From: an uncultured Candidatus Saccharibacteria bacterium
GTDB taxonomy: Bacteria; Patescibacteriota; 4484-211; JAGQKX01
NCBI GenBank assembly: GCA_964597265.1
Contig: CAZQWJ010000001.1
Span: forward strand, 1-60,936
Direction: 5' to 3'
Length of the DNA: 60,936 nt
Part shown: positions 8,994 to 19,497 of the stretch, piece after piece
Numbering within the stretch: position 1 is the stretch's first letter
Layout of the letters: each line of letters opens with the position of its first letter
Notes under the pieces: model-generated
Told to the model about the DNA's origin: nothing
Databases searched by the model: none
Seen by the model: only the letters and a program-made list of their open reading frames with translations
Translations under genes and position numbers: made by a program

Positions 8994-9590
8994 TTAGTGC
9001 CATCTTGTCCCGGATTTGCGGTGAAAATCCTGAACAAGATCAGTTATTTTGTCATGTATCATAGCTGGATTTGGAGCTTTGGTAATCTCAAGATTTTGAT
9101 CACGTCCGGCTGTTTGAATAAACACCCCTCCAAAGTCAAAGAAATTAGAGGCAAAACCACCCTGCCGGAACGACACATCTTGCACCTGCGAAAAATGCGC
9201 CTCGGACACAAACCGGTAAAACGGCCAATGCACATCCAAATCAACAAAACGCTCGTTGGTAACAATCAACACGTTAAAAAACCACTCCAACGCATGTTGC
9301 AAAGCAAAAAAGGCAATGAACAAATACCAAATCCCTACTACCGCTGTAATCGCGGTGTCGGAAAATAATTCGAAGATGTCAGTAAGCCCCAAGTACGTAC
9401 GGCCGAAATCAGAAAATATCACAATCGGTACAATCATACCGATGATCGCAGCCAGAATCCACGGCGCGTTGGTCACACGATGTCGTCGAATAAGCATCTC
9501 TATGGTTTCATCTTTTTGCTGCACTTCTATGGAAGTTTTTTCTGGGGCTATGGCAAGTGCGGTAAGTGGATTTGCAGAGTGATTAGTCAT
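8994..9590 (-). CDS. membrane protein with bacterial PH (bPH_2/YdbT-like) domain
   Basis: Two N-terminal TM helices, then 'LIVTNERFVDLDV...VQDVSFRQGGFASNFFDFGGVFIQTAG', which matches the bPH_2 pattern. Confidence 0.55.
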   Translation of the reverse strand: MTNHSANPLTALAIAPEKTSIEVQQKDETIEMLIRRHRVTNAPWILAAIIGMIVPIVIFSDFGRTYLGLTDIFELFSDTAITAVVGIWYLFIAFFALQHALEWFFNVLIVTNERFVDLDVHWPFYRFVSEAHFSQVQDVSFRQGGFASNFFDFGGVFIQTAGRDQNLEITKAPNPAMIHDKITDLVQDFHRKSGTRWH

Positions 9591-9607
9591 AGATTCATTG
9601 TACTATG

Positions 9608-11443
9608 TCATTTGTGTTCGATATTGAAGAATGCAAAACCTGCCTGTTGTATTCCCAAGTATCCCGGTGCACGGGTGTTAAATATTGCCTTAAACTCTGC
9701 ACCCGTGAACCGCTTTTCTCCTTTATCTGTCTGAAATATCACACGGTTGGTTTGGCCATTAGTACCCTGTACCATGGTCACGTCGGACACATGGCTAATC
9801 CCGCCAGTCCCGAACTCTGCAATTTCATAATTGGCAGACACCTGCCGTAGCTCTGCATAGCTATATGGATTACCCGGCCAACACGAAGTAGTCACAGGAA
9901 CAATCCTACCAATATCCGCACCCGAACCGTTCCCGTATAACACAATCGCTGCGTTAATCAAATCCGCCATTTCTTCTGGCGAAAGCCATGGGTTAGATCG
10001 TCCGCACTTATCACTATCATTTCGGTATGTTTTGGTATACCAGGCTTTGTACACCCATGGGGAACCAGCAATTTTTTCGTATGATTTATTGATCAGGTCT
10101 GCCCCTCCCTGACCATCGGTAGTATCCCACCCCACGTTGTTAATCCAACCACCGGTTGTCGCAGAATATTGATACCCACTACCACCAGTCATGATGATCC
10201 CTCTGGTTTGCTCAACTGCATCCTGCCATGCTTGTGCGTTGATTTCACGTTTGAACTCCTGGCAACTTTGGCTTGGACAAATAGTTGACTTGCCATACGC
10301 ATAACTGCGGGCAGCAATAGCTTGAGCCTTGAGGATTTCTGTCGGCCATGATGCAGGCACTTCATAGATGTGTTTGAGGTATTCCTCAAACGCATATTCT
10401 TCGTTATTAAACGTCTGACCATAGCTATTTGTACCGTTCACAATGATCTTAGAGTGCGTCGTATCCACATGCTGTATGCTCGCACTAGGGTAATAGAATC
10501 CAAGAAGATCTTGGTACGTGGTAGACGGATTGTTTATAATCCGCCCACGCGCGCCCCATTGGCTCATGCCGTTTCGATGGGTAAATGCACCGATAGAGAA
10601 TACTGCAAAATATCCATTCGGCGCTTGTTCATTGAATCCAAGCAAAGAGGCATAATAATCATCTGCTCCTTGGTTTTCGGCGTTGATGACAAAGCCACCG
10701 CTACGTGCTGCTAAGATCGCTTGTTGCTGTGCCGTAAGTTGAGCCAGCTTTTCGTTAAGACCAGTGAGGTTTGAGGAGAGGTCTTGCCGCTGTGATTGTG
10801 TAGTGGCAAGAGCATTACGGGTAGATGCGATCTGTTGGTTGAGGGCAACCCGTCGTTGCTCCAGTGTACTCTTTGCTTCTTCAAACTCCTGCCGCTGTTG
10901 ATTCAACTGTGCTTCGGTTTCCTCCAAAGAAGAGAGTTCTTCTGTAGATGCCAGTACTCGCTCTTGATATTTTCTACTTACGAATTGACGATAGACCCAG
11001 GTGTTTGCCCAACTGTCCAAATCTTCAGCATCTAACCAAAACAGTATCTTCTCTACAAAATTCTCCACATAATGTTGGCGTACCGCTGTAGAAAACTGCC
11101 GCTGCGCTCGCTCCAAAAACAGCCGTGCTTGCGAAACCTCCGCCTCTATTTCTTCAATCTCCAGTTCTTTTTGGCGAATTTCAAGTTCAGTGCTGGCAAG
11201 TTGCAACTGCGCATACGCCAGTTGGCCACCCAAAGTGTTAAGTGCACCGTGATACTGTTGTTCTTTTTGCTGAGCTTGTGAAAGCGCGTTTTCAGTTGCT
11301 TCTTTTTCTTTCTTGATGGTATCTATCTCACGCTGAATGACATCCAATGGGTCTTCCTCCGCACGTACTGTTACGCCGGAGAACACGACCGCGAGGCACA
11401 TCACCACTATGGAAGACAATAAAACGTATTTCTTCATACTCAT
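9608..11443 (-). CDS. SpoIID/LytB-domain peptidoglycan-remodelling protein with long N-terminal coiled coil
   Basis: Signal peptide (VVFSGVTVRAEE), about 230 aa of heptad-like Q/E/L-rich sequence, then 'RNGMSQWGARGR' and 'ILKAQAIAARSYAYG' (SpoIID signatures). Confidence 0.8.
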   Translation of the reverse strand: MSMKKYVLLSSIVVMCLAVVFSGVTVRAEEDPLDVIQREIDTIKKEKEATENALSQAQQKEQQYHGALNTLGGQLAYAQLQLASTELEIRQKELEIEEIEAEVSQARLFLERAQRQFSTAVRQHYVENFVEKILFWLDAEDLDSWANTWVYRQFVSRKYQERVLASTEELSSLEETEAQLNQQRQEFEEAKSTLEQRRVALNQQIASTRNALATTQSQRQDLSSNLTGLNEKLAQLTAQQQAILAARSGGFVINAENQGADDYYASLLGFNEQAPNGYFAVFSIGAFTHRNGMSQWGARGRIINNPSTTYQDLLGFYYPSASIQHVDTTHSKIIVNGTNSYGQTFNNEEYAFEEYLKHIYEVPASWPTEILKAQAIAARSYAYGKSTICPSQSCQEFKREINAQAWQDAVEQTRGIIMTGGSGYQYSATTGGWINNVGWDTTDGQGGADLINKSYEKIAGSPWVYKAWYTKTYRNDSDKCGRSNPWLSPEEMADLINAAIVLYGNGSGADIGRIVPVTTSCWPGNPYSYAELRQVSANYEIAEFGTGGISHVSDVTMVQGTNGQTNRVIFQTDKGEKRFTGAEFKAIFNTRAPGYLGIQQAGFAFFNIEHK

Positions 11444-11478
11444 TGCTCATTTGCTTACTAAATTTATACAATGCGCCT

Positions 11479-12780
11479 ATGCGTATCGCAATTCTAGGGG
11501 CGGGTTTCGCGGGGCTGGCTGCCGCGTACGAAGTACAAAGACAAGGGCACAATGCTGTTATTATAGACAAAGAAGCATACATTGGCGGGCTAGGCGCAGG
11601 ATTTCGGGAGCAGGTTGATGACTATCCGCCGAACTGGGATTGGGACCTGGAGCGCTATTACCATCACTGGTTTACAAACGACTCAGAGATATTCAGATTA
11701 GCCAAAGAGCTGCACGTCACGGATAAGATACTTATCAAACGCCCGGTTACCGCCAGCCTCATCAACGGTGCACGCTACCAACTCGATTCACCCATGGCAC
11801 TACTCACATTTTCTCCATTACCACTGTGGGATCGGATCCGTACTGGATTAGTATTGGGATTTCTTAAGCTCTTTCCATTTGGCCAGCTACTTGAACGGTG
11901 GACGGTGCATGACCTGCTTCCTACATTAGTCGGGCGACGTTCATACCAATTATTGTGGGAGCCACTTATGAAAGGTAAATTTGACGACCGATATCGCGAC
12001 ATTAACCTGGCATGGTTTTGGGCACGCATCTACAAACGCACCACCAAGCTGGCATATTTTGTAGGGGGATTTCAGGCGTTTGCGAACGAATTGGCAACAC
12101 ACATCAAGAAGCAGGGAGGCTCCCTGCTTTTGGGCGCTGATATCGAGAAAATCACACAGGCTGAATCTCAGTGGGAGATCACTATCAAAGGTCACACGCC
12201 AATCATTGCTGACCGCGTCATTGTAACCACGCCATTTCCGGTATTTGCCAAACTCTTCCCACAGCTACCTCCAGACTACGTCCAAACATACAGCCAATTA
12301 AAAGGCATTGGTGCCCAGGCACTGATAGTAGTGCTAAACAAACCATTCTTTGACGATCACACGTATTGGCTCAATATCCACGACACTGCGTGGCCGTTTT
12401 TGGTCATGGCAGAACATACCAACTTTGCCGACCCCAGCCACTATGGCGGGGACACGATACTCTACATAGGCAATTACCTTGCTGCAGATCACCCATTGAT
12501 GCAGCTATCAAAAGATACACTTATTGAAAACATCCTCCCGTACCTTAAGCGTATTAAGCCTGATTTTGATACTACCACTATCAAACACGCATGGCTCTGG
12601 CGCGCCCCATACGCCCAACCCATTGTTGAGGTCAATCACTCACAGCGTATTCCACCAATCACCACGCCACTACAACACGTATATCTTGCGAATATGAGCC
12701 AAGTGTACCCGTGGGATCGGGGTACCAATTATGCGGTTGAACTGGGGCGACACGCGGCACGACTGGCTACAAAAACATGA
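11479..12780 (+). CDS. FAD/NAD(P)-binding oxidoreductase (amine-oxidase/phytoene-desaturase-like fold)
   Basis: 'MRIAILGAGFAGLAAAYEVQRQGHNAVIIDKEAYIGGLG' Rossmann GxGxxG plus the downstream acidic-residue pattern. The upstream 44 codons of the track ORF overlap the divergent gene and were discarded. Confidence 0.8.
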   Translation: MRIAILGAGFAGLAAAYEVQRQGHNAVIIDKEAYIGGLGAGFREQVDDYPPNWDWDLERYYHHWFTNDSEIFRLAKELHVTDKILIKRPVTASLINGARYQLDSPMALLTFSPLPLWDRIRTGLVLGFLKLFPFGQLLERWTVHDLLPTLVGRRSYQLLWEPLMKGKFDDRYRDINLAWFWARIYKRTTKLAYFVGGFQAFANELATHIKKQGGSLLLGADIEKITQAESQWEITIKGHTPIIADRVIVTTPFPVFAKLFPQLPPDYVQTYSQLKGIGAQALIVVLNKPFFDDHTYWLNIHDTAWPFLVMAEHTNFADPSHYGGDTILYIGNYLAADHPLMQLSKDTLIENILPYLKRIKPDFDTTTIKHAWLWRAPYAQPIVEVNHSQRIPPITTPLQHVYLANMSQVYPWDRGTNYAVELGRHAARLATKT

Positions 12781-14225
12781 CACATACACACATACAAAGA
12801 AACATTCTTCTGGCTATACTGTGGGGGCTGTACGTCATCAGCTTCACAGTATTATTCCCTCTTACCAGCATTGCACCTAATCAATTTATTCCGTACGCAA
12901 CCACATTGACGCCGGTTACACTTGTTTTGTTTTTCTTATGCCTGATTGGTAGTGCCTGCATTGTGTATCATCTCCCTCGGTATCTACAAGGAATCACGGT
13001 CAAGTCAGCGCTTCTCTTGGTTACAGTGTTTTCTATTCCGTTTTTTCTTTCCTATCCTGGTGATTCGTATGATGTGTTTGTCAACATGTGGCAAGCCGAA
13101 CGGGTCATCACATACCATGAAAACCCGTACGCCAGTATCTTGGATACTAGCAATTACCCCACCCACGAATTTCTGCCTGATATTCAACAATACGTCCACC
13201 TGCCCTACGGTCCTATTTGGCTTGCCCTGCAAATAGGACTGTATAGCTTGGTCAGTAACACATCTATTCTGGTAGCCACGATATTTTTCAAAAGTGTCTT
13301 CTTGGTCTTATGGTTACTGTTTTCATACCTATTACTGACCATAACCGCCCGCACCAATAGCCATATACTCAAAGAATTAACCACACTTCTCATCTCACCG
13401 CTTCCCTTGGCAGGCATCATGGGCAACATGCACAATGATCTGATTCTACTGATATTTTGGCTAGGGATATATGTATGCTTAGTACGCAGAAAGCACGCTT
13501 TGACCATACTGCTTTTCCTATTGAATATATTCACCAAATTCATTGCTATTATTATCTTGCCATTGCTTCTGCTTTTTTATTTGCTGACTGCAGGTCGGTC
13601 GCGGTTTTTGATATGTGGCGTCTTACTAGGGCTTACCGTGGTAGGTATTGGGTTGGCGGAGTGGCAACTGGGATTTTTGCATGGTCTTGTTGACCAGACA
13701 AGTACATTTGGTGGATCAATCATTTTTGCTGCAAGCTTTTTTTTCAGTGATAGCATTGTCCTTGCCTTACGCAGCGTCTACTTTGCCGTGTTTGCCATCG
13801 TATACAGTATCGTACTTCGCCATGTGTATGTTACGTACAAAGACAACCGTCTGAATGAAACACGCCTTTTACAATGGGCAGGGTTCGTGATGACCATCGC
13901 GATCATTCTGCTCGTTCATTTTTTCGGATACCATTATTTGGTGTGGCCTATTCCGTTTCTTATCTTGTATAAAGACCCCAAATTACTACGATTCTATGCA
14001 TTTGCAAGCAGTATTGTTTTGACCGTTATGCTTATGACATTTATCATATATGACAACTCATATGGTGTACGATATAGCCAAGTGTACCTGTTTAATGCCA
14101 TTAACGTGCATACAGCATATTTATTGTTGTTCTTGCTCTCACATATCCTGATCACATCACTCGTATTGTATACAGGGTATCGGATGTACCGATATCTCAC
14201 GACTAATGAAAACCTTACGTCATAA
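12777..14225 (+). CDS. polytopic membrane protein, probable GT-C-fold glycosyltransferase
   Basis: 482 aa, highly hydrophobic throughout with more than 10 helices. Its start overlaps the upstream stop (ATGA). Family assignment is uncertain. Confidence 0.55.
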   Translation: MTHTHIQRNILLAILWGLYVISFTVLFPLTSIAPNQFIPYATTLTPVTLVLFFLCLIGSACIVYHLPRYLQGITVKSALLLVTVFSIPFFLSYPGDSYDVFVNMWQAERVITYHENPYASILDTSNYPTHEFLPDIQQYVHLPYGPIWLALQIGLYSLVSNTSILVATIFFKSVFLVLWLLFSYLLLTITARTNSHILKELTTLLISPLPLAGIMGNMHNDLILLIFWLGIYVCLVRRKHALTILLFLLNIFTKFIAIIILPLLLLFYLLTAGRSRFLICGVLLGLTVVGIGLAEWQLGFLHGLVDQTSTFGGSIIFAASFFFSDSIVLALRSVYFAVFAIVYSIVLRHVYVTYKDNRLNETRLLQWAGFVMTIAIILLVHFFGYHYLVWPIPFLILYKDPKLLRFYAFASSIVLTVMLMTFIIYDNSYGVRYSQVYLFNAINVHTAYLLLFLLSHILITSLVLYTGYRMYRYLTTNENLTS

Positions 14226-15912
14226 CCAAGTCCAGCTCGTGTTTATTATCTGCTGCATAGTGATCGGAGCTTGTGTGCGCATGTATAACCTAGGGTGGGG
14301 GCCATACTATTTTCATCCTGACGAACACAACATCGCCTACAGTATCAGCCAGTTGCGATTTCCTGATCAGATGCATCCTGATTTTTTTGTGTATGGTTCA
14401 TTCCCTATATATGTGGCGTATGGATTTGGCACACTGTTTGTTGGGGATATTGACCCTCAAGCCGCAGTCATGATTGCACGGTATATATCAGCGATTGCAT
14501 CCACCGCAACCATACCGCTCATATATATGCTGGTGAAAACACTCCTACATAGTACATCGTTGGCTATGATCGGTGCATTACTCGGGGTTTTTCTGACCGG
14601 CTTTACCCAGTATGCACACTTTGGCACGTTTGAAAGCCTGGTGACGCTTCTGTACTGTGCGATTGCATACTGGTCTATCCAGTACATCACAACCCGGACT
14701 AAAAAAGACCTACTCATCATAGCCACCTTAATTGGCCTGGCCATGGGTACCAGAATCAACAATACCTACCTGCTTGGCCTGCCATTTCTGCTCGCTGGCA
14801 TACACCGCTACCACAACGCTGCTCCTGGATTGCGCTCTTTCTTACAAGAGATTGAACTACACCGCATCCTACTGGACAAGCACGCCATCATGGCAATTCT
14901 ACTTGCAGGGGCTGTATTTGTCCTAACCAATCCGTTTGCCATACTTGATTTTCCATGGTTCATTGCAAGCCTAGCATCCGAAAGCAACATCGCCACAGGA
15001 GTACGGCCGGTGTTTTTTACCCGGAGTTTCCTGGACACCATACCCGGTGTATTTCAGCTAACCCAGGTATTGCCGTACATTAGCGGAATCCCGTTCACTA
15101 TCGCAGGCGTTCTGGGTGGCATAATCATCGTGTGGAAATGGTTTCGAACGGACACGCACGCGTTCAAGGCAATCCTGCCGCTTATGTACATCTTTGGCAT
15201 ATATGCATTACTCACGTTCACATTGTTCGTCAAATGGACGCGGTATGTGGTTCCGTTCGTACCGTTTTTGATCATTGGCGTACTTGTTGTGCTTGATGTG
15301 GTGAAAAAAGCAGCGGCACGACGCATCATCCCTGCTGCCTTGTTTTGGGTTCTGACTGTTGCGCTTCTACTGGATATTGGCATACGAGGACTATTGTTTT
15401 TCTCCATCTATACCAGGATCGACCCTCGCGTACAGGCATCCCAGTGGCTTTTTGAGCATATCCAATCGGACGAACAAATCTTGGTCCAGGACAAAGATCC
15501 TAACGCGATTCTCTTTTGGCTGACATTTCCTGAGCAAACCACCTTCTTCAATTTCTATGCATTATCAGGCACCTTGGATGAGGCCAATACAACGCATGTG
15601 ACATCACCAGAGCAATTAGCTCATCAACTGGCCCAAACAGATTGGATCGTCGTCCCCAGTCAACGGGTGTACGCTTCAGCGTTACGCCTACCGGAACACT
15701 TCCCGCATGAGGCAGCATTTTTTGGCGCGCTTTTTGAAAGAAAGTTGGGCTTTGCGCAGACAGTACAAACCCCACCCCACCCACTATCGGCAGACAATGC
15801 CGAGGAAACATTCACCGTGTATGATTACCCCACCATCACTATGTGGCACAAACAACACCCCTACAGCGCAGCAGAGTATGAGAAAATATTACGCAATCCA
15901 CAAGAACATTGA
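14206..15912 (+). CDS. GT39/PMT/ArnT-like GT-C glycosyltransferase, paralogue 1
   Basis: TM1, then the loop motif 'YYFHPDEHNIAYSISQLRFP'. Many TM helices and a C-terminal soluble domain ending 'AEETFTVYDYPTITMW'. Confidence 0.7.
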   Translation: MKTLRHNQVQLVFIICCIVIGACVRMYNLGWGPYYFHPDEHNIAYSISQLRFPDQMHPDFFVYGSFPIYVAYGFGTLFVGDIDPQAAVMIARYISAIASTATIPLIYMLVKTLLHSTSLAMIGALLGVFLTGFTQYAHFGTFESLVTLLYCAIAYWSIQYITTRTKKDLLIIATLIGLAMGTRINNTYLLGLPFLLAGIHRYHNAAPGLRSFLQEIELHRILLDKHAIMAILLAGAVFVLTNPFAILDFPWFIASLASESNIATGVRPVFFTRSFLDTIPGVFQLTQVLPYISGIPFTIAGVLGGIIIVWKWFRTDTHAFKAILPLMYIFGIYALLTFTLFVKWTRYVVPFVPFLIIGVLVVLDVVKKAAARRIIPAALFWVLTVALLLDIGIRGLLFFSIYTRIDPRVQASQWLFEHIQSDEQILVQDKDPNAILFWLTFPEQTTFFNFYALSGTLDEANTTHVTSPEQLAHQLAQTDWIVVPSQRVYASALRLPEHFPHEAAFFGALFERKLGFAQTVQTPPHPLSADNAEETFTVYDYPTITMWHKQHPYSAAEYEKILRNPQEH

Positions 15913-15928
15913 ACAAGCATGGTACAAA

Positions 15929-17776
15929 ATGGAAAACCTCTATAAAATAGCAACGATACCAAAAATGTTCGCAAGATACCGGGATGGCCGTTTGTACTCA
16001 TGGCTCGATGACGCGCCTAAATTGCGCACATTTTTGTGTATCGTTACTGTTACCACCCTGACCGTCATCGGAGGGTACCTCCGATTTTATAATCTCGACT
16101 GGGGGCAGCCGTTTTTGCATCCGGATGAATTCAACATCGGCCACGCCATCAGCACACTCGATTTCCCTCATCAACTCAATCCACAGTTTTTTGCCTATGG
16201 ATCATTTCCACTATACCTAACATACTTTCTGGGCGTGGTGATCAATACATTTCAAAGTACTCAAGAGGTCTGGAGCGTGTCGGCAAGCCAGGCAATTTTG
16301 ATCGGACGGTACGTGTCCGCGTTTCTTTCCACATTATTGATTCCACTCCTGTTTGTCCTTGCAAGGCAGCTGAAACTTTCCAAACCCCTCAGCCTTATCA
16401 TCACCGCGCTCGCAACATGCATGATCGGATTTATCCAATATGCCCACTTTGCCACGTTTGAAACCTTCCTCACCTTCTTCTACTGTCTGGCCGTCATCAT
16501 TGCACTCAAAGCAGTACAACGACCCACGCTCGCATGGCTCATTGCACTCAGCGTGATAACCGGTCTTGCTATCGCCACCAAAATCGTGAGCCTGTACCTC
16601 CTCGCCCTGCCGCTTATTGTCCTCCTGGCTATGCAGATCCCACAGGAAGCAAAAGATGATTCCCGTCTGTGGAAAGCCTTACTTCTTGATACATCTATCG
16701 CAAAACTGTTACATAATCCCAAATCATGGCTTTGCCTTGCACTAATACTACTGACATTTGTAGTAACCAATCCATTTACCTTTCTGGATTGGCAGAGTTT
16801 CTGGGGATCTATGCAATATGAACGTGGTGTGGCGGACGGGAGTTTGGCTGTGTTTTATACACGTGGATTTTTGGATACCATCCCAGGATTGTATCAACTC
16901 CAGCACGTACTACCTTTTATCTCCGGCTATGTCTTCACCGCCGTATCCATACTATCCGTACTGGTGGTTACTGTGACCGCATTACGCACCAAAGACCGGA
17001 CACATACCCCGTTGCTTATCTTGCTGTTTGTCCTTGGAGGATATCTTATCGTGCACCTTTTGATGTATGTCAAATGGACCCGCTACATGATCCCCGTGTT
17101 ACCATTACTGCTACTAGCTCTTGGCATTGCAGTGAAGTGGACATGGGAGAAACTTCCCCTCCCCATCATACGTATCACCCTAATAGCTCTAATCACCATC
17201 GTGATGGCAGAAATCTCCCTGCGCGGGGTTTCTTTTTCTCAGATCTATCGTGTTCCTGACACGCGCGTATCCGCAGCCCAGTGGGCACAGCACAACATTC
17301 CTCCTGATGTCACTATCCTATCAGAACAATATGACCCTGGTGTTATGCCTTTTAATAATGCTGTCCCAAACATGATCCGGTTGTTTAACCTGTATGACTA
17401 TGACACGCACCCTGATGGGATGTGGTCAACCACCAAACTTGCCCAGGAGTTATACCGCGCTGACGCAATTATTATCCCCAGCCGCAGGGTATACAAAACT
17501 GCAAGTAAACACCCTGATGCATTTCCTCGCGCCAACCAGTACTACCAGGCATTGTTTGATGGAGAATTGGGATATGAACTGGCTCACACCAGCAATCATA
17601 CACCGTGCGTACTACCAGCCGATCTGCCAGACGTTGTACGAATATTCAGCTGCCCGATTAACGACGAACATGCGGAAGAAACCTTTGTCGTGTTTGACCA
17701 CCCCACAGTGTTGATCTATCAGAAAACAACCCCACTCTCAGTGGAAGAATATCTCTCGGTATTGGAACGCGTATGA
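15929..17776 (+). CDS. GT39/PMT/ArnT-like GT-C glycosyltransferase, paralogue 2
   Basis: ATG at 15929 (MENLYK). Shares 'PFLHPDEFNIGHAISTLDFP', 'YGSFPLYL' and 'AEETFVVFDHPTVLIYQK' with its neighbours. Confidence 0.7.
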   Translation: MENLYKIATIPKMFARYRDGRLYSWLDDAPKLRTFLCIVTVTTLTVIGGYLRFYNLDWGQPFLHPDEFNIGHAISTLDFPHQLNPQFFAYGSFPLYLTYFLGVVINTFQSTQEVWSVSASQAILIGRYVSAFLSTLLIPLLFVLARQLKLSKPLSLIITALATCMIGFIQYAHFATFETFLTFFYCLAVIIALKAVQRPTLAWLIALSVITGLAIATKIVSLYLLALPLIVLLAMQIPQEAKDDSRLWKALLLDTSIAKLLHNPKSWLCLALILLTFVVTNPFTFLDWQSFWGSMQYERGVADGSLAVFYTRGFLDTIPGLYQLQHVLPFISGYVFTAVSILSVLVVTVTALRTKDRTHTPLLILLFVLGGYLIVHLLMYVKWTRYMIPVLPLLLLALGIAVKWTWEKLPLPIIRITLIALITIVMAEISLRGVSFSQIYRVPDTRVSAAQWAQHNIPPDVTILSEQYDPGVMPFNNAVPNMIRLFNLYDYDTHPDGMWSTTKLAQELYRADAIIIPSRRVYKTASKHPDAFPRANQYYQALFDGELGYELAHTSNHTPCVLPADLPDVVRIFSCPINDEHAEETFVVFDHPTVLIYQKTTPLSVEEYLSVLERV

Positions 17777-19488
17777 AAAAAATAAACGAACGCATTTCAC
17801 CATACTTTTTATTAAGCATCCTCATCTTCGCCATTGGGTTTGGCTTGCGTACATACAACATCAATTGGGATGGCAGATATTATTTTCATCCCGACGAATT
17901 GCACTTGTACAATGTAACTTCACAATTACACCTCCCTGATACATGGCAGGCGTTCTGGGATACAGATAGCCCGCTCAACCCCAAATTCTTTGCATATGGA
18001 TCATTACCACTGTATCTACTCAAAGGTACGTCACATGTTGTTTCTCTTTTGGGACCGGAGCTTGAACAATATAGCCAATTGTATGCCGTGGGCCGGCTCA
18101 CATCCTCTCTTTTTGATTCTCTCACCATACTACTGGTGTATATGATCGCAGCACGTATCGGTCTGACTATGCGGTGGCGGTTAACCGCAGCAGCCATATA
18201 TGCACTAGCAGTGTTTCCCATCCAAAATGCGCACTTTTATACGGTTGACACCCAACTAACGTTTTGGGCTATGTGTACACTCGTGCTTTGCCTCACCGCA
18301 GTACACATAAATCGTACCTGGCCGCTATTTCTTGCTGCGATCACTACCGGGATGGCGCTATCCACCAAGATAACTGCGGTGTTACTTGTACCAATCGTTC
18401 TTATTAGCCTGATCTTTGTATGCTTTGCCAAACACGCCTCATGGCGTCGATCCGCGCTTATGGCCGCGGGGATAGGAATACTACTGATTGGTAGTATGGG
18501 TGCTGTCACACTAGTAACTCAACCGTATATCGCGATTGATTACCACACCTTTGTTCGTGATGTTACTCAGCAATTACGCATGCGTGCTGATGCAACAATC
18601 TTTCCGTACACCCTTCAATATATCAACACCAAACCCTACATGTATCCTATGGCACAAATCATACAGTGGGGGCTGGGGCCTCTGGTCGGTATATTGGGGT
18701 TTGGTGGTATCGGGGTGTTATTGATACACATTATTGCGGCGGTCAAAAAACGTGCACCCACTCAAAATTATACGTCCTTACTACTTGTGCTACTGGTGTT
18801 CTTTCTATTTTTCATCCCACTCGGGTCATCTGCGGTCAAGTTCATGCGTTACTATTTGCCGCTGTATCCTGTCTTGGCGATAACGGCAACATACGCTCTG
18901 TACACACTGTTTCAACACATCCGTCTGCCGTTTCAACTCCTGTTTGGAAGCGTAGTCGGTGGAACCTATCTATTCTGGATAACGGCTTTTATGGCAATAT
19001 ACACCACGCCTCATCCATGGATACAAGCGAGCACGTGGATCACCACACAGATTCCTCCTGGCTCGACCCTGGCGATCGAACATTGGGATCGCGGGCTGCC
19101 GGTTTGGGGTATGTCAATGTATGATGTTGAAGAGTTAGAGCTCTACCGTCCCGACTCATCCGCAAAAATCAATACCCTTACTCAACAATTGGAACGTAGT
19201 GATTACATCATCATAGCAAGCAATCGACTGCATGCGTCAATCCCTCGATGGCCGCAACGCTACCCTGCGACGATCGTGTATTATGAGCAGCTGTTTTCTG
19301 GACAACTAGGGTTTGAGAAAGTTGCCACGTTTGAATCCTACCCGCAGTTTTTGGGCGTCCGAATCAATGATGCCCGAGCGGATGAGAGTTTTACCGTGTA
19401 TGATCATCCACAAGTACTTATTTTTAGGAAAACAACGTTCGACGCAGGGAACGCAGCTGATATGTTGCGAACACGCCTTACTATATAA
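17773..19488 (+). CDS. GT39/PMT/ArnT-like GT-C glycosyltransferase, paralogue 3
   Basis: 'YYFHPDELHLYNVTSQLHLP', 'YGSLPLYL' and 'ADESFTVYDHPQVLIFRK'. A 4-nt overlap with the upstream gene. Confidence 0.7.
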   Translation: MKKINERISPYFLLSILIFAIGFGLRTYNINWDGRYYFHPDELHLYNVTSQLHLPDTWQAFWDTDSPLNPKFFAYGSLPLYLLKGTSHVVSLLGPELEQYSQLYAVGRLTSSLFDSLTILLVYMIAARIGLTMRWRLTAAAIYALAVFPIQNAHFYTVDTQLTFWAMCTLVLCLTAVHINRTWPLFLAAITTGMALSTKITAVLLVPIVLISLIFVCFAKHASWRRSALMAAGIGILLIGSMGAVTLVTQPYIAIDYHTFVRDVTQQLRMRADATIFPYTLQYINTKPYMYPMAQIIQWGLGPLVGILGFGGIGVLLIHIIAAVKKRAPTQNYTSLLLVLLVFFLFFIPLGSSAVKFMRYYLPLYPVLAITATYALYTLFQHIRLPFQLLFGSVVGGTYLFWITAFMAIYTTPHPWIQASTWITTQIPPGSTLAIEHWDRGLPVWGMSMYDVEELELYRPDSSAKINTLTQQLERSDYIIIASNRLHASIPRWPQRYPATIVYYEQLFSGQLGFEKVATFESYPQFLGVRINDARADESFTVYDHPQVLIFRKTTFDAGNAADMLRTRLTI

Positions 19489-19497
19489 TAACAATCT

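Noticed and set aside
11347-11478. 44-codon N-terminal extension of the FAD oxidoreductase ORF, plus ORFs 11328-11582 and 11337-11618
   Set aside because: The extension overlaps the divergent SpoIID-like gene start. The Rossmann motif begins right after the internal ATG at 11479. The other frames have no motifs.
15707-15928. 74-codon upstream extension of GT39 paralogue 2
   Set aside because: It overlaps the conserved C-terminal domain of paralogue 1 in another frame. The ATG at 15929 gives an N-terminus colinear with the other paralogues.
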